Source of the DNA: Desulfovibrionaceae bacterium
GTDB taxonomy: Bacteria; Desulfobacterota; Desulfovibrionia; Desulfovibrionales; Desulfovibrionaceae
Direction: 5' to 3'
NCBI GenBank assembly: GCA_015709205.1
Contig: JACCQO010000004.1
Coordinates: forward strand, 125,552 to 189,551
Length of the DNA stretch: 64,000 bases
Below are positions 47,853 to 56,228 of the stretch, piece by piece. The notes under the pieces were generated by a model. It made no database searches and had not been told where the DNA came from. It saw nothing but the letters and a program-made list of their open reading frames with translations. Each line of letters opens with the position of its first letter. Position 1 is the first letter of the stretch. The position numbers and the translations under genes were made by a program.

Positions 47853-48643
47853 TCCGCCTGGAGAACCTGGCCTGCGGCCACGGCCGGACCGAGGTGCTGC
47901 GCGGCGTGAACCTCTCCGTGGCGCGCGGCGAGGTCTGCGGCCTGCTGGGGCCCAACGGCGCGGGCAAGTCCACCCTGCTCAAGACCCTGGCCGGGCTGTT
48001 GCCCGTGCGCGCCGGATCCGTGCGCATCGCCGGGCAGGACCCGGCCGCGCTCTCCGCACGAGAGCGCGCACGGCTGGCGGCCTCGGTGCCGCAGCGCGCC
48101 GAGGTGCCCTTTCCCCTGACCTGCCTGACCGTGGCGCTCATGGGCCGCTACGCGCACCTGTCCCCCCTGGGCAACTACGGCCCGGCGGACCGCGAGGCCG
48201 CGCTGGACGCCATGCGCGCCACGGGCTGCGCCCACCTGGCGGACCGCCCGGCCGACGCGGTGTCCGGCGGCGAGCTGCAGCGCGTGCTCATCGCCCGCGC
48301 CCTGGCCCAGGACGCGGACGTGCTCCTGCTCGACGAGCCCGCCGCCAGCCTGGACCTGGCCGCGACCACGGCGCTCTTTGATCTGCTGCGCGCGCGCGCC
48401 GCGCGCGGGGCCGTGCTCTGCGCCGTGCACGACCTCAACCTCGCCGCGCTCTACTGCGACCGGCTCGTGTTTCTCAAGGACGGAACCGTGGCCGCCGAAG
48501 GCCCCACGGACGCGGTCTTCACCGAGGACGTGCTCGGCCGGGTCTACGGCGTGCCCCTGCGCGTGGGCCCGCACCCGGCCCCGGAGACCGGCGGCGCGCC
48601 CCAGGCCCATTTCGTGCCCGCAACCCCCAGACGGCGCGCCTGA
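47849..48643 (+). CDS. ABC importer ATP-binding protein (FecE/BtuD type)
   Basis: ATG 47849 overlaps the permease stop (ATGA). Walker A is GPNGAGKST, the signature is VSGGELQRV and Walker B is LLLDEP. Confidence 0.92.
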   Translation: MIRLENLACGHGRTEVLRGVNLSVARGEVCGLLGPNGAGKSTLLKTLAGLLPVRAGSVRIAGQDPAALSARERARLAASVPQRAEVPFPLTCLTVALMGRYAHLSPLGNYGPADREAALDAMRATGCAHLADRPADAVSGGELQRVLIARALAQDADVLLLDEPAASLDLAATTALFDLLRARAARGAVLCAVHDLNLAALYCDRLVFLKDGTVAAEGPTDAVFTEDVLGRVYGVPLRVGPHPAPETGGAPQAHFVPATPRRRA

Positions 48644-48681
48644 GCGCGCGCAGGAGGCGGCCGCCGCGCGGCCGTGCGACG

Positions 48682-49779
48682 ATGTCCAACCCGACGCCCC
48701 ACACCCCGGAAAACCACAACGGTTCGCGTCCCTCCACCCTCCGGCGGCTGGCGGCCGCGTTCGCGGCCGTGCTGCTGCTCGCGGCCGCGGGCCCGGCGAC
48801 AGCGGGCCTTGCGGCCACGGCCCGGGCGGCCGACGCGCCCGCCGCAAAGCCCATTGCCGCACAGCCCGCCCCCGGCACCGCGACCGCCCTGCACGCCACC
48901 GACGGCCTGGGCCGCGAGGTGGCCCTGGCCGGTCCGGCCCGGCGCGTCATCTCGCTGTACGCGGCCTTCAACGAGACCCTGCTGGCCATGGACCTGGGCG
49001 ATCGCATCGTGGCGCGGACCAAGGCCGACGGCGAGGAGCCGCGCCTGGCGGACCTGCCCGCCGTGGGCACGCACCTGCGGCCCAACGTGGAGCTGACCCT
49101 GGCCATGCGGCCGGACCTGGTGCTCCAGCTCGGCGGCCGCAGCACGGCCCTGGCCCCGGTGGAGCGCATCGAGCAGGCCGGGGTGCCGGTGGCGGTCTTC
49201 AACCCCGTGAGCCTGGAGGACTACTTCGCCCTGGTGCGCACCCTGGGCGAGCTGCTGGGCGCGGCGGAACAGGCCCGCGACCTGGAGGCCGGGCTGCGCG
49301 CTCGGCTGGCGCGCGTGGCCCACGTGCTCGCGCACGATCCCCGCGCCGCCGCGCGGCCCACGGTCTTCTTCGAGGTCCGCTCGCCCGACCTGCTCGCCGC
49401 CGGGGCCAAGTCCATCGTCAACGACGTCATCCGCCTGGCCGGTGGAGCAAATTGCGTGAAAACGTCCAAAAAGCTTGTCAAACTTGGCGACGAAACGCTT
49501 ATCGGACTCGATCCAGAGGTCTATATCGTGCAGCGCGGGCCCATGAATCCCGCCCCCGCCCCCCTGGACCGGCGACCTCTGCTGGCCCCGCTCGCGGCCG
49601 TGCAAAACGGCCGCTGGCTGGAAGTGGACGAGGCCGAATTCTCGCGCCCTGGCCCGCGCGTGGTCGATGCCGTGGAAAAACTGGCGCGCCGGCTGCACCC
49701 GGAAGCGGACTGGGGCCCGGAAACGTCCGGCGCGCCGACGTCCGATGCGCCGACGCCCCCCGCGCAACAGGAAATGTAA
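48682..49779 (+). CDS. Periplasmic binding protein, BtuF/FepB (Peripla_BP_2) family
   Basis: The signal has an RR motif (STLRRLAAAFAAVLLLAAAGPATA). Features are RVISLYAAFNETLLAMDLGDRIV, PNVELTLAMRPDLVL and EVYIV. Confidence 0.85.
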   Translation: MSNPTPHTPENHNGSRPSTLRRLAAAFAAVLLLAAAGPATAGLAATARAADAPAAKPIAAQPAPGTATALHATDGLGREVALAGPARRVISLYAAFNETLLAMDLGDRIVARTKADGEEPRLADLPAVGTHLRPNVELTLAMRPDLVLQLGGRSTALAPVERIEQAGVPVAVFNPVSLEDYFALVRTLGELLGAAEQARDLEAGLRARLARVAHVLAHDPRAAARPTVFFEVRSPDLLAAGAKSIVNDVIRLAGGANCVKTSKKLVKLGDETLIGLDPEVYIVQRGPMNPAPAPLDRRPLLAPLAAVQNGRWLEVDEAEFSRPGPRVVDAVEKLARRLHPEADWGPETSGAPTSDAPTPPAQQEM

Positions 49780-49810
49780 CCGCAACCTCTGCACAAGGAA
49801 CGACGCACCC

Positions 49811-50536
49811 ATGTACGGAACCGTCTACGGCGTGGGCGTGGGTCCCGGCGACCCCGACCTGCTGACCCTCAAGGCCGCCAAGCTGCTCCAGGAGGCCGAG
49901 CGCATCTACGCGGCGCGCTCCACCAGGAACACCTACTCCGTGGCCCACGACATCGTGGCCCCGCACCTGCGCGAAGGCGTGGAGATCGAGACCCTGGCCT
50001 TTCCCATGACCCGCGACAGGCAAACACTGGAAACCGCATGGCGCGAGAACGCCGAACGCGTCATCACGGACTCGCGCGCCGGGCGCACGGTCTGCTTCCT
50101 CACCCTCGGCGACCCCATGACCTACTCGACCTTCGGCTACCTGATGCGCACGGTGCGCGCGCTGGATGCGCAGGTGCCCTTTGCCGTGGTCCCGGGCGTG
50201 ACCAGCTTCGCCGCGGCCGCGGCCGAGTCCATGACCGTGCTCGCCGAGCGCGAGGAGACGCTGGCCGTGGTCTCCGGAGCCGACGGCGGCGAACGGCTGG
50301 AGGCCGCCGCGGCCGCGGCCGACACCGTGGTGGTGCTCAAGGCCTACAAGCGCTTCGACGCCATCCGCGAGACCCTGGCTCGGCTGGGCTGGGAACGATC
50401 CAGCGTGCTGCTGAGCAACTGCACCATGCCCGCCCGCCCGGACGGAGCGGGAAGCTGCGAGATCCGCGACTTGGCCTCGGTCACGGAGCAGCCCGGCTAC
50501 TTCACCCTGGTCCTGGCCCGCCGCCCGCGCGGCTAG
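49811..50536 (+). CDS. cbiL: Precorrin-2/cobalt-factor-II C20-methyltransferase
   Basis: 241 aa from ATG 49811. Features are YGVGVGPGDPDLLTLKAAKLLQEA, FLTLGDPMTYSTFGYL, VPGVTSFAAAAA and VVLK. Confidence 0.88.
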   Translation: MYGTVYGVGVGPGDPDLLTLKAAKLLQEAERIYAARSTRNTYSVAHDIVAPHLREGVEIETLAFPMTRDRQTLETAWRENAERVITDSRAGRTVCFLTLGDPMTYSTFGYLMRTVRALDAQVPFAVVPGVTSFAAAAAESMTVLAEREETLAVVSGADGGERLEAAAAAADTVVVLKAYKRFDAIRETLARLGWERSSVLLSNCTMPARPDGAGSCEIRDLASVTEQPGYFTLVLARRPRG

Positions 50537-50561
50537 GGCATTTTCGGATGGCCTCCGGCGG

Positions 50562-50591
50562 CCGGAGAACCCTTTGAAAAGGGTTCTCCGG
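50562..50591 (+). terminator. Perfect 13-bp hairpin after cbiL
   Basis: CCGGAGAACCCTTtgaaAAGGGTTCTCCGG. No T-tract follows. Confidence 0.5.
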
Positions 50592-50694
50592 ACTCTCCCA
50601 AACTTTTTCACGCGCCTGCGGCGGGGGGCGCTCGCGGAAAAACGCTGTTTCGTACAGCACGTGCCGGAGCGGGGCGGGCCGAAAACAGGCGCAC

Positions 50695-50727
50695 AAAAAG
50701 GGCGCGCCCAACCGGGCGCGCCCTTTC
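50695..50727 (-). terminator. Rho-independent terminator of the Rrf2-family gene
   Basis: The minus strand reads AGGGCGCGCCCggttGGGCGCGCCCTttttg. Confidence 0.7.
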
Positions 50728-50780
50728 CTGTCCAGGACGATGCGATAATCCGTTCCGGCGGCCTGCGCGGCCGCGCCGCC

Positions 50781-51203
50781 CTAGCCGTCCTTGCAGGGCC
50801 TGTGCGAGGAGGCCAGTTCGGCGAAGGTCACCGCGTCGAGCTTGGCGTACATGGCCTGGCTGGCGTCGATCCAGATCTGGCGGGTGAGACAGTCCTCGGA
50901 ACTGGTGCAGACCTTGCCGTTGACCACGCACTCCACCAGGGCCAGATCCCCCTCCAGAAGCCGCACCACCTCGCCCACGGTGATGCCCTCGGCCGGGCGC
51001 GCGAGCATGTGCCCGCCCTTGGGCCCCCGGCGGCTCTTGATGTACTTGGCCTTCTTCAGGGGTCTGATCAATTTTTCCAGATACTTGACAGAAACGCCCT
51101 GGCGCTTGGAAATATCGCTGATGCGCACCGGGCCATCGTGGCCGTGGATGGCGATGTCCAGCACCATCCGTGTCCCGTAGCGGCTGCGTGTGGAAAGCTT
51201 CAT
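50781..51203 (-). CDS. Rrf2-family (IscR-like) transcriptional regulator with three-Cys cluster motif
   Basis: Features are MKLSTRSRYGTRMVLDIA, ISDISKRQGVSVKYLEKLIRPLKKAKYIKSRRGPKGGHML and CVVNGKVCTSSEDC. A candidate promoter on the minus strand has TTGACA (51311-51316) and TATTTT-like (about 51285-51291). Confidence 0.9.
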   Translation of the reverse strand: MKLSTRSRYGTRMVLDIAIHGHDGPVRISDISKRQGVSVKYLEKLIRPLKKAKYIKSRRGPKGGHMLARPAEGITVGEVVRLLEGDLALVECVVNGKVCTSSEDCLTRQIWIDASQAMYAKLDAVTFAELASSHRPCKDG

Positions 51204-51470
51204 GAACCCTCGCTTGTTTCCGGCCCGGGGGCCGCGTGTGCGCAAGGTCGCCCGTGCCGGCGGACATTCCCTACCCTTGCGGTACAAAATAGAGCGCAGA
51301 GCCGACGTTTTGTCAAGGGGATTGGCGCAATTCGGGTCGAATTCGGCATAAAAAGTATCCGTTTTTGACGATGGCGGACGGCCGCACGGACCAGCCCCAG
51401 GGCGAACGCCCTAGAAAGGAAGAGGAAACCGGGCCGTCGGGAAAAAGCAAGGCCGTCCCGGGCCGGGCGG

Positions 51471-52541
51471 TCAGGGCATGTCCCGCTCGTGGCCGGACGC
51501 GCCAAGACGATCGGCCAGGGTGAGCACGGTCTCGATGTAGGTGCGGCTGTGGTTGTAGCGGTAGAGCACCTTGCGCATGGAGGCGCGGTTCATGCGCCCT
51601 TTCCAGCCGTTGGCCTGCAGGAAGCGGCCCATGGAATGCAGGGCGTCGGCGCGCGTAAAGAGGTTCACCCGGCCGTCGCCGTCGCCGTCCACGCCGAAAC
51701 GCACGGCGTTGGAGGGCATGAACTGGCAGATGCCGATGGCCCCGTAGGCCGAGCCCGGCAGTTCCAGCGGATCGAGGCCGTTGCCCAGGGCGTGGTCCAG
51801 CAGGGCCGTGAGCTCCTCGTAGGCCCAGTCGGCCTTTTCCGCCTGGCGGCGCGCCAGCCAGGCGCGGCGGCCGCTCGTGAGCCCCTTTTCGACGAAGAGG
51901 TCGGCCACCTGGCTCCACTCGTCCGTGGCCGCCATGCACGCCAGGGTCACGAAGGCCGACGTGGTGCCGAGCACGCGGCCGATGCGCGTCTCCACGGAGA
52001 GGATGGCCACGGCCAGTTCGCGCGGCACGCCCCAGCGGCTGACGAAACGGTTGAGCAGGAAATGGTTGCCGTAGAGAAAATCGCGGGCCTCGCTCATGCG
52101 CTCGGGCGTGAGGCACTGTTTGTAGACGGGCGGGGTGCGCTGTGCGGTCGCGCGCTTGGCCGCCGGGGCGCGCTCGTACTTGCGCCGGTACAGGGCCAGA
52201 AGCTTGCGGCCCATGTATTCCGAAGAATAGTGCTGCTCCTCGGGCCCCTGCTGCACGCGGGCGAACAGGGCGGCCACGGTGGCGCGGTCGTAGCCGTCGG
52301 CCGCCAAACGCCGGATGAGGCCGTCCCAAGGGTTGGAGGCCGCAGCCGATGCCGCGAGGGCTACGCCGCCCCCGACCGGCGCGGCCCACGACGCGCACAG
52401 CGCCAGCAGCCAGAACAGGGCGAACCGGGCGAGCGGTGCGCCGTTCACGCCGCGTGCGGAGCGGCGGGCGGTGCCGTAGGTGCTCATGTGTGCGTCTTCC
52501 TTCCGTGGGTGGAGCGACGCGGGCGCGCGCGGAGCCATCAT
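51471..52541 (-). CDS. mltB: Lytic murein transglycosylase (MltB/SLT_2 family)
   Basis: Features are VAILSVETRIGR, GSAYGAIGICQFMPSN and YNHSRTYIETV. The start ATG 52541 overlaps the upstream stop in an ATGA arrangement. An alternative start is ATG 52487. Confidence 0.85.
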   Translation of the reverse strand: MMAPRAPASLHPRKEDAHMSTYGTARRSARGVNGAPLARFALFWLLALCASWAAPVGGGVALAASAAASNPWDGLIRRLAADGYDRATVAALFARVQQGPEEQHYSSEYMGRKLLALYRRKYERAPAAKRATAQRTPPVYKQCLTPERMSEARDFLYGNHFLLNRFVSRWGVPRELAVAILSVETRIGRVLGTTSAFVTLACMAATDEWSQVADLFVEKGLTSGRRAWLARRQAEKADWAYEELTALLDHALGNGLDPLELPGSAYGAIGICQFMPSNAVRFGVDGDGDGRVNLFTRADALHSMGRFLQANGWKGRMNRASMRKVLYRYNHSRTYIETVLTLADRLGASGHERDMP

Positions 52542-52885
52542 CCGCCGCCGGCGCCGTTCGGGCCTTGACCGTCCCGGCCGTCCGGACTGCCCGGCCCGGT
52601 CCGGCCGCGCGCCGCCTCCCGCAGCCTGCGCGCCAGCTCCTGAAATTCCTCACGCGTCAGGCCGCCGCGGCGGTACAGGACCTTGATCCCCTCCAGGGCC
52701 TCGTCCAGGGACAGGGTCCGGTCCACGAGCCCGCGGCGCAGGGCCGCCGCACCGGCGTGGTCCAGCAGGGCCTGCCCCGTGCGGCGCGCCGCCGGACCGG
52801 CGACGCGGGCGACCGTGCGCCCGGCCTGCCCGCCGATTCGGCGGAGCAGTTCCGCCCAATGCTGCGTCGCGTCTTTCGCGTCCAT
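52538..52885 (-). CDS. Small protein with SHOCT-like C-terminal motif (115 aa)
   Basis: Starts at ATG 52885 (MDAKDATQHWAELLRRIG...). The motif LDEALEGIKVLYRRGGLTREEFQELARRL resembles the SHOCT short C-terminal domain. A Gly-rich tail follows. Confidence 0.55.
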   Translation of the reverse strand: MDAKDATQHWAELLRRIGGQAGRTVARVAGPAARRTGQALLDHAGAAALRRGLVDRTLSLDEALEGIKVLYRRGGLTREEFQELARRLREAARGRTGPGSPDGRDGQGPNGAGGG

Positions 52886-52920
52886 GTGTCGTTCCGATGC
52901 GTCCGGGTGTCGTTCCGATG
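52878..52920. repeat. 21-bp tandem duplication covering the start codon of the SHOCT-like gene
   Basis: The minus strand reads CATCGGAACGACAC-CCGGACG / CATCGGAACGACAC-ATGGACG. The identical 14-mers lie at 52886-52899 and 52907-52920, with a 21-nt period. Confidence 0.8.
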
Positions 52921-53142
52921 GCCGTTGGGCGCACGCGCCGCAGGACGGCGGGCGCACCGGGGCCGGGTCCATGCTAGCCCATCCGCGCGCCGATGCAAAG
53001 GCCCGCGCACACTTGGCGCGCCGCAGGCTGCGACCGGGCCGCCCGCACCGATTTATCATTGCCGCGGCGGCCCGGGTATCCTACTGTGCAATCGTGGGCG
53101 GCCTCCTGCCCGAGACAAAGACCCCGCCCACGGGGGAACAGC

Positions 53143-53682
53143 ATGCAGCACCGGTTTTCGCTTTTGGCCGTGGAGCAGGCCATCGACCGGATGGCGCTGG
53201 CCCTGCATACCGCTTCCAGTCTCGATCTCCCGGTGGACCACCGGGCCATGGCGGAACCCGCCGCGACGAACCTTGCGTTGCGCGCCGGACCGCACGCCGC
53301 GCCCCTTGGCTCCTGGGCCCGCAGTGGGACGGACCTTGCACCCGCCGGATCCGTCCAGGCCCGCCCCATTCCCTCCGGCGCGCCCAGCCCGCGCTCGCGC
53401 ATCGTGCACGCCACCGCGCCCGGCCGGGGCTGGTGGGTGCTGGCCCTGGGCGACAACCTGGACGAAAACGACTTCGCACAGCGCGAGGCTTCGCGCGGAC
53501 GGCTGCGCAAGGCCGTCAGCGACGCCGGGGTGGCCCCGCGGGAGTACTGCTGGGTCTGGGACCGCACCGGCGTGGCGCAGCTCGTGCTCGGCACCTACGC
53601 CGACCGCCCCCAGGCCGAGACGCAGGCCGTGCGCTTCGCCGGGCTGGGGTTGCGCGTGCGCGTGACCAGGGAATTCACCTAG
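53143..53682 (+). CDS. Hypothetical protein with SPOR-like C-terminal region (179 aa)
   Basis: ATG 53143. The C-terminus WWVLALGDNLDENDFAQREASRGRLRKA...AQLVLGTYADRPQAETQAVRFAGLGLRVRV has the beta-alpha-beta-beta pattern of SPOR peptidoglycan-binding domains. The call is weak. Confidence 0.45.
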   Translation: MQHRFSLLAVEQAIDRMALALHTASSLDLPVDHRAMAEPAATNLALRAGPHAAPLGSWARSGTDLAPAGSVQARPIPSGAPSPRSRIVHATAPGRGWWVLALGDNLDENDFAQREASRGRLRKAVSDAGVAPREYCWVWDRTGVAQLVLGTYADRPQAETQAVRFAGLGLRVRVTREFT

Positions 53683-54352
53683 CGCGCCGGGCCGCTTCAG
53701 GCGGCGCGGGCGCGCCGCCCCGGGCATCAGCCGGGCATTCCCAGGCATCCGGCATTGCGCCCCGCCCGACCCCATGCGCAACGCGCCTGCGCGCGCTCCG
53801 GACACCACGCCCACATTTTCCCCGACGTGCGCCACCGCACCCGCGCCCCCGCCCCCACACCGGAGGCTTTCCGGACAACGCATGGCCGCGCGATCCCGCG
53901 CAACGCACAACGGCGCGCCGTGGCGCGCCGCTCGAACATCCTGACGAAAAAGGGGGAAACGTGTCCCGGAGAGGAGGCCGGGACGCCATCCTTGGCGTGA
54001 ATGCGGAACCCGGCGACTTAGGGGGGCGTGGTCCAAACCGCGGCACCCGCGCTTGTTCCAAATCCGGCGCGGGTACTTGATGACCTCATCGGCGCGCCGC
54101 TGTCCGATCTTTACCCGCCCTGCGCCCCCGTGTCCGCCACGCGGCGCAAAAGCGAAACATCCCGCGCCACAAGCCCTAAAAAATTTTCGGCCAGCGCCCG
54201 GAAAAATCCAGAGCCCAGCCCCACCGCGTTGCGGAAAACGGGACGCGGGCGCAGGAGCGCGTGGGCGTGCGCCCGATGCCGCACGGCGCACGACGCACGG
54301 GCCCCGCGAACGGCGGGAGCAGGAGGGATGCTGCGCCGAGGGAGGAACCCGC

Positions 54353-56011
54353 TCAGGCTTTGCGGCGGGCCCAGTGCACCAGGGCATCCAGGCCGCAGCC
54401 CAGCCCCAGGACCCACAAAAACCAGTCGCCCCACTGGGCCGCGAGCGTGGGACGGCCGCCCGGGGCGAGCGCGGCCACAGCCTGCGCGCTGCGCCCGCGC
54501 GGCAGCTCGACCGTGATGCGCCCGGCCGGATCCACGGCCGCGCTCACGCCCGTGTTGGCCACGCGCACCAGGGGCGCGCGGAACTCCACGGCGCGCGGCA
54601 GGGCCAGGGCGAAGTTCCAGTCCATGCCCGCGCCCGGGCCGAACCAGGCGTCGTCCGACTGGACCACGATCACGGCGTTCCGTGGTGCAAAGGCGCGCAC
54701 GTGGCTGCTGAAGGCCGCCTCGTAGCACAGGGCCGGGACGATCCGGACCCGCCCGGCGTTCGGGGACGCGCTCGAAAACGCGTCCAGATCCACGTCCAGG
54801 GGCGCGGCCGGGCCGCCGGGCGCATAGTGCTTGACCCCGGGCAGCAGACGCCGCAGCCAGGGAAGCCGGTCCTCCAGGGGCAGGTACTCGGCAAAGGGCA
54901 TGAGCACGCGCTTGTCGTAGACCTGCGCGGGCCCCTGGCCCGGAGCCAGGAGCACGGCGGCGTTGCGCACGCGGCGTGCGCCGTCGGCCGCGCGGTCCGC
55001 TTCCTCAACGCGGTGGCCGCACTGGGTCAGCAGCCGGGTGGCGGAGTCCGCGATCACCAGGAAGTTGGCGTAGGCGTCCGGCGAACTGATCGTGCAGTCC
55101 AGCCAGCCCGGGGTCTCGGGCCACACGGCCAGGTCCACCGGGCCGGAGGCCATGGCCCGGCGCGTCAGCTCGCGCGCCTTGTCCCAGGAGTTGGCGCGGT
55201 CCGCCGGGGCCACATCGGCCTCGCGGCCGCGCACCGGGATGGCCGGTTGGATCAGGGCCACGCGCAGGCCGCGCGTCCCGTCCGGGAGCCCAGGGACAAA
55301 GGTCGCCAATCGCGCCGCGCCCCACCCCGCCACCGCCGCCAGGACCAGCGCCCCGGCCAGCGCGGGCCGCCAGGCGGCCGGCACAGCGAGCGGCGCACCC
55401 GACTCGCGCCGGATGCGCCGCAGGGTTTCGCCGCAGCAGGCGTTGACCAGGAACACGAGAAAGAGCAGCAGCGGCATGCCGCCCAGCTCCAGGGGCTGCA
55501 GGAACAGGGGGGAGCGGTACAGGGCATGGGCCAGATAACCGGGCAGGAGAAACGGATAGACGCCGACCAGGGTCGCCAGCCACGCCGCCCGGCGCAACGG
55601 CCCCCACGGGCCGCCCCCCAGCCGCGCGTGCAGCGCGCCGTAGGCCGCGTAGGGCACGGCCCCGTAGACGCAGAGCGCGAGCACGGCGGCCACGCCCGCC
55701 ACCGGCCCCATGTGCAGCCAGGCGTCCACGCCGATGGCCACCCACCAGATGGAGCCCAGCCAGCCGAACACGGCGTAACCGCCCGCCAGCAGCGCGCCGC
55801 GCCGGGCGCTCACGCCGCCCAGGGCCGCGAAGAACGGGGCCATGGCCACCCAGGCCACGCAGCCCGCCGCCGGTCCGGCCAGCAAGCCCGCCGCGCCGCC
55901 CGTGGCCGTCCAGCCGGAGACCAGCCGACCCGCCAGCGCCAGCAGCCCGCCCGGGGTGCAGGCCCAGAACAGGAGCACCGCCGTCCCCATGAGCAACCAT
56001 CGTCCGAGCAT
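54353..56011 (-). CDS. lnt: Apolipoprotein N-acyltransferase
   Basis: 552 aa. An N-terminal block of about 7-8 TM segments is followed by a CN-hydrolase domain (VALIQPAI, DLAVWPETP, YDKRVLMPFAEYLP, PALCYEAAF). Confidence 0.9.
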   Translation of the reverse strand: MLGRWLLMGTAVLLFWACTPGGLLALAGRLVSGWTATGGAAGLLAGPAAGCVAWVAMAPFFAALGGVSARRGALLAGGYAVFGWLGSIWWVAIGVDAWLHMGPVAGVAAVLALCVYGAVPYAAYGALHARLGGGPWGPLRRAAWLATLVGVYPFLLPGYLAHALYRSPLFLQPLELGGMPLLLFLVFLVNACCGETLRRIRRESGAPLAVPAAWRPALAGALVLAAVAGWGAARLATFVPGLPDGTRGLRVALIQPAIPVRGREADVAPADRANSWDKARELTRRAMASGPVDLAVWPETPGWLDCTISSPDAYANFLVIADSATRLLTQCGHRVEEADRAADGARRVRNAAVLLAPGQGPAQVYDKRVLMPFAEYLPLEDRLPWLRRLLPGVKHYAPGGPAAPLDVDLDAFSSASPNAGRVRIVPALCYEAAFSSHVRAFAPRNAVIVVQSDDAWFGPGAGMDWNFALALPRAVEFRAPLVRVANTGVSAAVDPAGRITVELPRGRSAQAVAALAPGGRPTLAAQWGDWFLWVLGLGCGLDALVHWARRKA

Positions 56012-56228
56012 GGGCCGAACCTACCCCACCACCCCGAATTTGTGAACAAAGCGGACGGAGCGGGGCGGGGCGGGCAGGGCCCGCTGCCGGTGGGCGAACG
56101 GCTGGTGCTGCGGGAAGGATGAGGTTTCCCCCCGTTCGCGTCTGAAGGCGTCGGGAGGCGTCAAGAAACGGCGGGAGGTCGGGCAGCCCGTTGCGGCCCG
56201 GCGTGGGGGCAAACGGCGCGCCGAGCCG

